Assembly: GCF_006345805.1 (NCBI RefSeq)
Contig: NW_021826316.1
Coordinates: forward strand, 1-13,221
DNA from: Octopus sinensis
Lineage: Eukaryota
Reading direction: 5' to 3'
Length of the DNA: 13,221 nucleotides
Shown: positions 1 to 7,439 of the stretch, in pieces
How positions within the stretch are numbered: position 1 is the stretch's first letter
Layout of the letters: each line of letters starts with the position of its first letter
Program-made: the position numbers and the translations under genes
Notes under the pieces: generated by a model
Told to the model about the DNA's origin: nothing
Databases searched by the model: none
What the model saw: the letters and a program-made list of their open reading frames with translations, nothing else

Positions 1-417
1 TCTGATAACCTAATACAAATCAGTTTATTTTGTACAAATATTCATCAAAATACGGCGTAGGCAATATGGCGTCGTCTTAGCATGATTTGCAGTATTTCAT
101 TTCTGTTTGATTATGTTTCTAGTTCAAATATCAACAAGGACAATATCACTTCATTTGAGCTTAGTTCATAAGGTAAGTATTAGTAATATACATGGATCGA
201 TTCGGTCGGCTGTGCTGCACTACTTCCATTTAGAGTTTGACTTTATATACAGTCTAAGAGAAATCAATATTTTTTTTAATAAATATATATAAAAAAATGA
301 CAACCCTGCAAGCAGAGGAATTAATGTGAGAACTACTCGATCGTAATTCCACTGAAAAATCGGAGGTTTCATGTTAACTAAGAAAAAAAATTGTCATAAC
401 ACTGTTAACAAATTCGT

Positions 418-774
418 TTATTCTTTTACTTGTTTCAGTCATTTGACTGCAGCTATGCTTTTAGTCGAACAAATTGACCCTAGGACTTAATTTTTTAAAG
501 CCTAGTACTTATTCTATTCATCACTTTTGCCAAACCGCTAAATTACGGGGATGTAAACACAACATTGGTTGTCAAGCGATGGTGGAGGGACAAACACACA
601 CACATAAATATACATATATATATACGACAGGCTTCTTTCAGTTTCTGTCTACCAACTCCACTCACAAGGCTTTGGTCGGCCAGAGGCTATAGTAGAAGAC
701 ACTTGCCCAAGGGGGCTGAACCCGGAACCATATGGTTGGGAAGCAAGCTTCTTAGGACACAGCTATGCCTGCTC
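418..774 (-). mobile_element. tRNA-derived SINE, family B (Octopus-type), near full length and diverged
   Basis: Reverse complement aligns over its length with the + copy at 6222-6626: head GCAGGCATAGCTGTGTCC..GGTTCCGGGTTCAG, TTGGGCAAGTGTCTTCTACTATAGCC, central TA/TG microsatellite, tail CAGTCAAATGACTGAAACAAGTAAAAGAA. Confidence 0.9.
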
Positions 775-1027
775 TTGTTAACTAAAATTTTTGCTATCAA
801 CAGTGTCCAAATAATGCCATTATCAAGTTCACAAATAACTGAAGGCTTAGACCTAGAACCATTCCCCACCATCTACAAAAATCGAGTTCATTTCACATAA
901 CAACTTTACCTTAGTCAACAGTATTCCTATATAAATCAAAGAACAAGAGACCACACTGTGAGACGGTGCCTGAAAAAATTCATTCAAGAAATATCAGACA
1001 AGCACCGAAACTTCATGCATGTATCAT

Positions 1028-1106
1028 GTACGTACGTACGTACGTACGTACGTACGTACGTACGTACGTACGTACGTACGTACGTACGTACGTACGTACG
1101 TACGTA
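1028..1106. repeat. (CGTA)19 self-complementary tetranucleotide microsatellite
   Basis: Uninterrupted TACG units, read directly. Confidence 0.98.
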
Positions 1107-1169
1107 TGTATGTATGGTATGTATGTATGTATGTATGTATGTATGTATGTATGTATGTATGTATGTATG

Positions 1170-1200
<31 letters not shown>

Positions 1201-1907
1201 TGTATGTATGTATTATGTATGTATGTATGTATGTATGTATGTATGTATGTATGTATGTATGTATGTATGTATGTATGTATGTATGTATGTATGTATGTGG
1301 TATGTATGTATGTATGTATGTATGTATGTATGTATGTATGTATGTATGTTGTATGTATGTATGTATGTATGTAATGTATGTATGTATGTATGTATGTATG
1401 TATGTATGTATGTATGTATGTATGTATGTATGTATGTATTATGTATGTATGTATGTATGTATGTATGTATGTACATGTATGTATGTATGTATGTAGGTAT
1501 GTATGTGTGTTATGTATTATGTATGTATGTATGTATAATGTATGTATGTATGTATGTATGTATGTATGTATGTATGTATTATGTATGTATGTATGTATGT
1601 ATGTATGTATGTATGTATGTATGTATGTATGTATGTATGTATGTATGTATGTATGTAGTATGTATGTATGTATGTATGTATGTATGTATGTATGTATGTA
1701 TGTATGTATGTATGTATATATGTATGTGTGTATGTATGTATGTTGTATTTATGTATGTATGTATGTATGTATGTATGTATGTATGTATGTATGTATGTAT
1801 GTATGTATTATTATGTATGTATGTATGTGTATGTATGTATGTATGTATGTATGTATGTATGTATGTATTATGTATGTATGTATGTATGTATGTTATGTAT
1901 GTATGTA
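1105..1907. repeat. Long (TATG)n microsatellite, about 800 bp, with scattered indels and substitutions
   Basis: Read directly; it accounts for all the MYVC/YIHT ORFs. Confidence 0.98.
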
Positions 1908-2132
1908 AGGCGGCGAGCTGGCAGAAACGTTAGCAGGCCGTATGAAATGCTTAGCGGTATTTTCGTCTGTCGTTGTGAGTTCAAATTCCGCCGAGGTTGA
2001 CTTTGCCTTTCATCCTTTCGGGGTCGATAAATTAAGTACCAGTTCCGCACTGGGGTCGATGTAATCGACTTAATACCTATGTCTGTCCTTGTTTGTCCCC
2101 TCTGTCTTTAGCCCCTTGTGGGTAATAATGAA

Positions 2133-2135
<3 letters not shown>
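1908..2135 (+). mobile_element. tRNA-derived SINE, family A, full length
   Basis: Head AGGCGGCGAGCTGGCAGAAACGTTAG (A-box-like) and GAGTTCAAATTCC (B-box-like), central GACTTTGCCTTTCATCCTTTCGGGGTCGATAAATTAAGTACCAG. Homologous to about 10 other copies in the window. Flanked on both sides by (TATG)n. Confidence 0.92.
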
Positions 2136-2163
<28 letters not shown>

Positions 2164-2170
2164 TGTATGA
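2135..2170. repeat. (TATG)n microsatellite
   Basis: Read directly. Confidence 0.95.
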
Positions 2171-2173
2171 ATA

Positions 2174-2550
2174 CTAGCTGAGCAGGCCAGCCTATTGTTG
2201 CCGGACAATTTTTAACAATACAATGCCCAGAAGGCCTCTTAGTCAGGACATGTTTTGGTATTATTTGGGGTAATTTATAATTTTACGACAAACAAAGTTT
2301 GTTTTTGTTTTTCCATTTGGTGCATAGATGTAGAGATTTGCTTTACTTCTAACATCCTACGTAAAGCTGATCACAGGTGAAGCGAGGCTCCGGCAACCGA
2401 AAATGCTTGCCCTTGCGATTTGTTGGTGGACATGGTAAAACTAAGACTCACTGGAAATTGAAGTCGTTTCAATGGAAATGGGACGTCATCTCCTGAGTCT
2501 GTGCGGCAGAGGCACTTTTGCGTTTATCATCTAATCGAGGCATCCTGTCA
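2174..2550 (-). mobile_element. Helitron remnant, 3' terminus
   Basis: The minus strand ends CCGGC-AACAATAG-GCTGG (hairpin, one G.T pair) then CCTGCTCAG-CTAG|T. This is the canonical subterminal hairpin plus CTAG followed by the target T, lying downstream of a decayed helicase frame. The 5' boundary is uncertain. Confidence 0.8.
2295..2490 (-). pseudogene. Decayed Helitron RepHel PIF1-like helicase C-terminus
   Basis: Translates DDVPFPLKRLQFPVSLSFTMSTNKSQGQAFSVAG / (frameshift) PRFTCDQLYVGC* / (frameshift) [14 protein letters not shown]. This matches the Helitron helicase end [51 protein letters not shown] as I recall it. Confidence 0.88.
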
Positions 2551-2749
2551 CAAATTTCGAAATTTTGAAATTAAGTGAAAATTTTCAAATTTGGTATACT
2601 GATGTAATTTTTCATACTGAATCTGATTTATTCCAGAAAAATTTTCATAAATCCGGGTTCTGATAAGACAATAAAGGGGCTTGTGGCAAATCGCCTTGAT
2701 TGGCCAGGCAGTCTGGTGCCGAGTCGGCTCTGCTGGCCACATTCCCTTT

Positions 2750-2900
2750 GTGCGCTCGCCATTCTCTTCTACGTTGTTCCAAGCATTTTTCTTAAATCAT
2801 CTTCCCACCTGAAGATGACAACTCCACGGGTGCACCAATTGTCTGTGATCCTTGACTGGACATGACTTTGAGTGTTGGTTATTCAGCGACGACGGATAGA
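2750..2900 (-). pseudogene. RTE-clade LINE ORF C-terminal fragment, internally deleted
   Basis: Minus frame HVQSRITDNWCTRGVVIFRWEDDLRKMLGTT*KRMA resembles the RTE C-terminus (GHV.R.TDNRW...[WxPR..KR..GRP deleted]..RWxDDL.K..G..W). Confidence 0.6.
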
Positions 2901-3035
2901 ACCAGAGTGAAGGGTGTCACTGCAGAATACACACACACACACACACAGACACACACCTTTCGACTTTTGAATACCTCTTCTTCACTCCCGGGAGCTAAAG
3001 AAGCACTTCTTGTACAAGCTGTGCTGCTGGGTAGT

Positions 3036-3102
3036 CAAACCATACCTCACTATCCAAACCATAACTTACAGCTCAAACCATACTTTATTACTCAAATTCC
3101 CA
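3036..3102. repeat. Degenerate 19-bp tandem repeat (about 3.5 units) with invariant CAAACCATA
   Basis: CAAACCATA starts at 3036, 3055 and 3074, and CAAATTCCCA at 3093. Confidence 0.75.
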
Positions 3103-3282
3103 CTTTAAAGTGTTAAAAAATAAACCCGAAAGAACCAACCATGTTTGATACAGAAAAATGACAGAACAGTCGCGACTGGAACGCTTTTGATCATAGCTTC
3201 TATTTGGTCAGAGCTGACCTATACTTCAGGAAGATTGAGTTGTTTTGTTTTTATTCATCGTCTCAATTCTTATCGTCTAACT

Positions 3283-3577
3283 CAGCAGTTCTCAACCATT
3301 TTTTCCCTATGGACACTTTTGATTCTTATTTTCCTTAGCCATTCGATGTTTAAACAATCCTATTGCATTTTTATAATCAAATATTATTAGGAATTGTATA
3401 AAACTAATTGTTAAAATATTTTCTGTATTGTGGACATAAAAACCAATTTATCTCACATAAACTTTACTGGTCTAAATCACAATTTTTTCATAGCCCCCGA
3501 AAAATTACCGAGGACCCCACGCCCCAAACCTTATATGGATCACTAGAGTCCATGTGGAACCCAGTTCAGAACCCTTA
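3283..3577 (+). mobile_element. hAT (Charlie/Buster-type) MITE, 295 bp
   Basis: TIRs CAGCAGTTCTCAACC (3283-3297) and AGTTCAGAACCCTTA (3563-3577). 8-bp TSD GTCTAACT (3275-3282) / GTCTAGCT (3578-3585) with central TA. Confidence 0.85.
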
Positions 3578-3854
3578 GTCTAGCTCTTATGTTAAGGCTG
3601 TGTTGCAACTAAAACTAATAAAGGAATAAAAAAAGGATAAAAGAATATGTGTGTGTGTGTGTGTGTGTGAAAGAGAGACAGTGTGCATGCATACAATTGC
3701 AAGCAACTAATTATTGTAACATACTAAATTTAACGAAGACTATAATTCCTATTTAGTTACTTATTGTTAATTTGAAATTGATTGATAAATATATTTATTA
3801 ATCAATAAATTATATTAATAATTAGTAAATAGTTAATTTATTGATTTATTAAAC

Positions 3855-3990
3855 TTGGGCAACGGAGCCACACAGTTTGGAGAATAGAAAGTATCGATAA
3901 AAAAAAAATCGATCCCTAAATGTTTGACTTTGATTATTATCGACTCTTGACGGATGAAAAACTAAACTGATGGCGGCAGTATATTAACTT
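3855..3990 (-). mobile_element. Highly diverged SINE family A fragment (3' half)
   Basis: ATCGATCCC..TTATTATCGACTCTTGACGGATGAAAA..GCGGCAGTAT weakly aligns to the reverse complement of family A. Confidence 0.5.
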
Positions 3991-4155
3991 GCCGTGCAAT
4001 ATTTTTCGTAAATCGCGGTCTTTGAAATCGATGACTATAAACCATTTCAGTTATTTCTATTGTATCCTACAGTACTGCTTATTTTTTTAAACACATTCAC
4101 TGCTTCTTCGCATGTCATCATCATCATCACCATCACCCCCACCACCACATACACC

Positions 4156-4156
<1 letters not shown>

Positions 4157-4216
<60 letters not shown>
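4157..4216. repeat. (CA)n(TA)n compound microsatellite
   Basis: Read directly. Confidence 0.95.
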
Positions 4217-4350
4217 TAATTTATATATAGAGGGCATTATTATACATAGATGCCACATGCTAAGAGGGACAAAAAGTCATTTCTACCAAAAATTTACTAA
4301 TCCCACCACGATTGCAATCTTCAAAGCAAGACATTTAAAAAATATATTTT

Positions 4351-4393
4351 GATCACCTGTGATTTCGTACTTCTGTACTCTTCAGCAAGCCTG
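4351..4393 (-). ncRNA. Type I hammerhead ribozyme core (helix I 3' strand not contiguous)
   Basis: Minus strand: CAGGCUUG-CUGAAGA-GUAC AGAA GUAC-GAAA-UCAC AG GUGA-UC. All core nucleotides match the consensus, helix II is perfect with G10.1-C11.1, and the predicted cleavage is after C17 at 4351. Confidence 0.8.
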
Positions 4394-4537
4394 AACGGCA
4401 TCATAAATAAACGGCCCTGTCTCGTCGAAGCCAAGCAGCCAACTGCTCAACGTCAACGAAGCACATGGGGGAGTTTACATATATTACATCCGTAAATGGC
4501 AGGCTTCTTCGAATTGCATTTCACACGCTATCTACCC

Positions 4538-4575
4538 GATAATTTCTTAATAAGATTCCTTATTAAGAAGTTGTC
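4538..4575. repeat. Inverted repeat / hairpin with an 11-bp perfect stem, extendable to 17 bp with G.T pairs
   Basis: TTCTTAATAAG-ATTC-CTTATTAAGAA (4544-4569), flanked by GATAAT/GTTGTC. Confidence 0.8.
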
Positions 4576-4582
4576 CTTATTG

Positions 4583-4583
<1 letters not shown>

Positions 4584-4624
<41 letters not shown>

Positions 4625-4653
4625 ATATATATATTATATATATATATATATAT
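4584..4653. repeat. (TA)n microsatellite
   Basis: Read directly. Confidence 0.95.
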
Positions 4654-4681
4654 ACACACACACATATATGTGTGTGTGTGT

Positions 4682-4867
4682 CTAAATTTGTTGGGAGGGG
4701 ACTAATCGATTACATAGATCCCCAGTACTTCACTGGTAGTTAATTTTTATCGACCAGTAAGTATGAAAGGCAAAGTCGACCTCGGTGGAATTTGAACACA
4801 GAACGTAGCGACGGGTGAACAAACCGCTAAGCATTTCGCCTGGCGTGCTAACAATTCTACCAGCTCA
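4682..4867 (-). mobile_element. SINE family A, near full length
   Basis: ATGAAAGGCAAAGTCGACCTCGGTGGAATTTGAAC..CCGCTAAGCATTTCGCCTGGCGTGCTAACAATTCTACCAGCT is the reverse complement of the family A head and centre. Confidence 0.88.
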
Positions 4868-4883
4868 ACAACAACAATAATAA

Positions 4884-5008
4884 TAATTTTGGCACAAAGC
4901 CAGTTAGTTCGGAGTCGGGGTGTTAAGTCGCTTACATCGACCGCAGTGTTCAACTGGTACTTATTTCATCGACCTCGGAAGAACGAAAAGGTAAGGTCGA
5001 CCTAGGCA
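4884..5008 (-). mobile_element. SINE family A, 5'-truncated
   Basis: TTTTGGCACAAAGCCAG..TACATCGACC..CTGGTACTTATTTCATCGACC..AGGTCGACCT. Confidence 0.8.
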
Positions 5009-5138
5009 ATAAAAATAACGTAATGAAATGTCAATGTGTTTGGTGTGTTGACATTTGGCTCATCCCATGTTGTGTGTACATATGGATGCATGTTGTATGT
5101 ATTCATGTACGTTCTTGTGTGTGTTTGTTGTGTGTGTG

Positions 5139-5142
<4 letters not shown>

Positions 5143-5190
<48 letters not shown>
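5143..5190. repeat. (TA)24 microsatellite
   Basis: Read directly. Confidence 0.95.
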
Positions 5191-5193
<3 letters not shown>

Positions 5194-5289
5194 TAATAGT
5201 TATCGCCATACTTATATGGCAGTCTTATAATATAAGACTAAAGCTGTCGCTGATTGGCTCCAAGAGGCCACCGCCTCAAGCTAGCTATT
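5191..5289 (+). repeat. 99-bp arm, inverted copy of 5524-5621, containing adjacent hairpins
   Basis: Reverse complement of 5524-5621 apart from a few mismatches and one indel. Internal hairpins GCCATA-ctta-TATGGC (5205-5220), AGTCTTAT-aat-ATAAGACT (5221-5239) and GAGGC-cacc-GCCTC (5264-5277). Confidence 0.92.
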
Positions 5290-5356
5290 TGACACACACC
5301 TGCGTCCATTATAAACCCTCGAACAGGGGAGGTCGGCCGCTTCATCCTGCCATCAG

Positions 5357-5403
5357 ACGCTGCAGACATGTTTCAGGGTATTTGCCCTTTATCAATGCAG
5401 CGT
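5357..5403 (-). ncRNA. Minimal type I hammerhead ribozyme, U3-A8 variant (Penelope-like/retrozyme type)
   Basis: Minus strand: ACGCUGCA-UUGAUAA-AGGG C AAAU A CCCU-GAAA-CAUG-UC-UGCAGCGU. Perfect 8-bp helix I, 4-bp helix II, palindromic CAUG cap on helix III, and a GUC cleavage triplet (cut between 5365 and 5364). Confidence 0.82.
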
Positions 5404-5497
5404 AGTCGACCCAGCAGGTGTCGCTACTGACTGTCCCTGTTCGAAGAATCTATTTACCTAGTTTCAGTGGAATACCTCCACATGTTTTTCAATAATA

Positions 5498-5676
5498 GAA
5501 ATATAAAATTACTAAGGCTCTCTAATAGCTAGCTTGAGGCTGTGGCCTCTTGGAGCTAATCAGCGACAGCTTTAGTCTAATTTATAAGACTGCCATATAA
5601 GTATGGCAATAACTATTAATTTTCCAGTAACGCTGCCGCGTAATCTCCTTAGAGGACTTAGTAATTTTAATATTTC
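5498..5676. mobile_element. MITE-like element with about 28-bp TIRs and TA flanks, unclassified
   Basis: TA|GAAATATAAAATTACTAAGGCTCTCTAA (5496-5525) is inverted against TTAGAGGACTTAGTAATTTTAATATTTC|TA (5649-5678). An additional imperfect internal stem pairs 5552-5570 with 5632-5648. Confidence 0.65.
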
Positions 5677-5687
5677 TATATATATAT

Positions 5688-5720
<33 letters not shown>
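5677..5720. repeat. (TA)n microsatellite
   Basis: Read directly. Confidence 0.95.
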
Positions 5721-5978
5721 TTGTATGTATGTATGAATGTATGTATGTATATAATATTTATGGCTAACAACACACTATCCGTAACAAACATCAAAATCAT
5801 AATTTTCCTTACTTTGCGCACGCGCATACACACCACCACCACCACCACCAATACACACACAAAACGCACAAATAGATAAGCACTCGCGGTATTTTGTATT
5901 CTATAAGTACTGCTAATTGGATAACACATATGAGTGATAAAGTAAGCATTAGAAAATACACTAATGTGAAAACAATAA

Positions 5979-6001
5979 AGAGACAGGGAGAGAAAGAGAG
6001 A

Positions 6002-6039
<38 letters not shown>
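5979..6039. repeat. (GA)n microsatellite
   Basis: Read directly. Confidence 0.95.
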
Positions 6040-6043
<4 letters not shown>

Positions 6044-6221
6044 CAATATAATACAGCATTGTCTGATTTGGAAGTTTTTATCCAAATTTAAGAGATTTAC
6101 TGTTTCTAGAAATCACACAAAGTAATTAGTTTTATCTCAATCGTTCTTTATAAGTACTGGAAATTAGTTTTGAACAAACGCAGCAACACCAACAATAAAT
6201 AATTTTCAAATTTTGGCACAA

Positions 6222-6626
6222 GGCACAGGAGTGGCTGTGTGGTAAGTAGCTTGCTTACCAACAACATGGTTCCGGGTTCAGTCCCACTCCGAGGCACCTT
6301 GGGCAAGTGTCTTCTACCATAGCCTTGTGAGTGGATTTGGTAGACGGAAACTGAAAGAAGCCTGTCGTATATATGTATATATGTACGTGTGTATGTATAT
6401 GTTTGTATCTCTGTGTCTGTCCCCCTCCAACATCGTTTGACAACCGATGCTGGTGTGTTTACGTCCCCGTCAATTAGCGGTTCGGCAAAAGAGACCGATA
6501 GAATAAGTAATAGGCTTACAAAGAATAAGTCCTGGGGGTCGATTTGCTCGACTAAAGGCGGTGCTCCAGCATGGCCGCAGTCAAATGACTGAAACAAGTA
6601 AAAGAGTAAAGAGTAAAAGAGTAAGA
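6222..6626 (+). mobile_element. SINE family B, near full length, nested in a family A copy
   Basis: GGCACAGGAGTGGCTGTGTGGTAAG (A-box-like), GGGTTCAGTCCC (B-box-like), central microsatellite, 3' stem-loop GCGG-TGCT-CC-AGCA-TGG-CCGC, and a (AAAGAGT)n-like tail. Confidence 0.93.
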
Positions 6627-6836
6627 CCAGCTAATTTTAAGGGTAGAGTGGGAGTGGAGGTTATTTGGTTCGGCTACATTGACCCCTGTGTTCCGTTGGT
6701 ACTTATTTCATCGATCGCTAAAGGATGAAAGACAAAGTCGCTCACGGTGGGATTTGGACTCAGAACATAAAGACGGATGCAATGCCGCTAAGCATTTTGT
6801 CCGGCACTGCAAGTGATTCTGCCAGCTTACGACCTT
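6627..6836 (-). mobile_element. SINE family A, with its tail end displaced to 6203-6221 by the family B insertion
   Basis: CCAGCTAATTTTAAGGG..GGTACTTATTTCATCGA..GCCGCTAAGCATTTTGTCCGG..GATTCTGCCAGCT. It joins AAATTTTGGCACAAG on the other side of the B copy. Confidence 0.85.
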
Positions 6837-7066
6837 ATAACAAAAACAACGACCATGTTTTCTGGGATTAACGACTAAGGGCTTACAAAATATACTTTGG
6901 ATGGCACAGGATGGTACAATGTGGATTTACATGAAAGAGCGTGCAAATACAGGAATAACAATAGCAATAAATTTTAACAACGAATAATTCCTGTAAGGAG
7001 AGGAAGATTTAAACGGGCTATTCGTGGGGAAACCCAACAAAACCATAACCATCCAAATCACTAAAG

Positions 7067-7394
7067 CAGTGGTCCTCATCCGGCTTAATATAAGATTTTA
7101 GCGATCCAAGCAATGAAAAAAAAATTGGGGATCCACAGTAGTATTTTAAGGGTCCCTGAAAAAACTTTGCTTTAGCTGTATGTATTGGTATGTATTGCAA
7201 GAAACATCTAAGTGTCTTTCTCTAACATTTTACGTACTTCAACCTACACAAGTTAATGTGTGGAAAACAAAATAGGAATTTTGAGAGAAGTTTTTAAGCT
7301 AGTTTTTAAGTATCGAATGATGGGCCAAGGGGGTCCATCAGAATAAAATAGTAATCAAAGGGGTCCACAGATAAAATATGGTTAAGAAACCCTG
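7067..7394 (-). mobile_element. hAT MITE, 328 bp, related to 3283-3577 in opposite orientation
   Basis: TIRs CAGTGGTCCTCATCC (7067-7081) and GGTTAAGAAACCCTG (7380-7394). TSD CACTAAAG/TACTACAG (6/8). The reverse complement of its right end (AACCATATTTTATCTGTGGACCCCTTTGATT) aligns to the left end of the first MITE. Confidence 0.82.
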
Positions 7395-7439
7395 TACTAC
7401 AGCAAAAATCTTCTCTCGGTTGCCCACCTTCAATCTACC

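Noticed and set aside
474-900. ORFs overlapping the first SINE, and likewise those at 4747-4953, 6148-6597, 8180-8436, 10495-10779 and 11942-12274
   Set aside because: These are SINE read-throughs; the same peptides recur wherever the repeat occurs.
956-1012. GGTGC/GCACC stem followed by GAAAC, hammerhead-like
   Set aside because: The upstream CTGTGAGAC does not fit CUGANGA spacing, and no helix I or III was found.
1105-1907. Higher-order periodicity in the interruptions of the (TATG)n array
   Set aside because: The spacing is irregular, and single-base indels look like slippage or long-read consensus errors.
958-2000. Long ORFs of 110-304 aa (MYVC/YIHT repeats)
   Set aside because: They are translations of the stop-free tetranucleotide microsatellite, with no coding signal.
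2956-3030. Possible minus-strand exon ending AAG|GTGTGT
   Set aside because: The donor GT comes from a (GT)n microsatellite, the acceptor lacks a pyrimidine tract, and the peptide is not recognisable.
3036-3102. CRISPR-like repeat-spacer pattern
   Set aside because: 9-nt repeats with 10-nt spacers are far too short, the context is eukaryotic, and there are no cas genes.
3167-3235. Palindromes CAGTCGCGACTG and GGTCAG-AG-CTGACC as further hammerhead helices
   Set aside because: The flanking cores deviate at several invariant positions (no G12, GAAC instead of GAAA, wrong spacing).
5582-6085. 167-aa minus-strand ORF
   Set aside because: It is built from (TC)n, (TG)n and (TA)n tracts and the MITE-like element.
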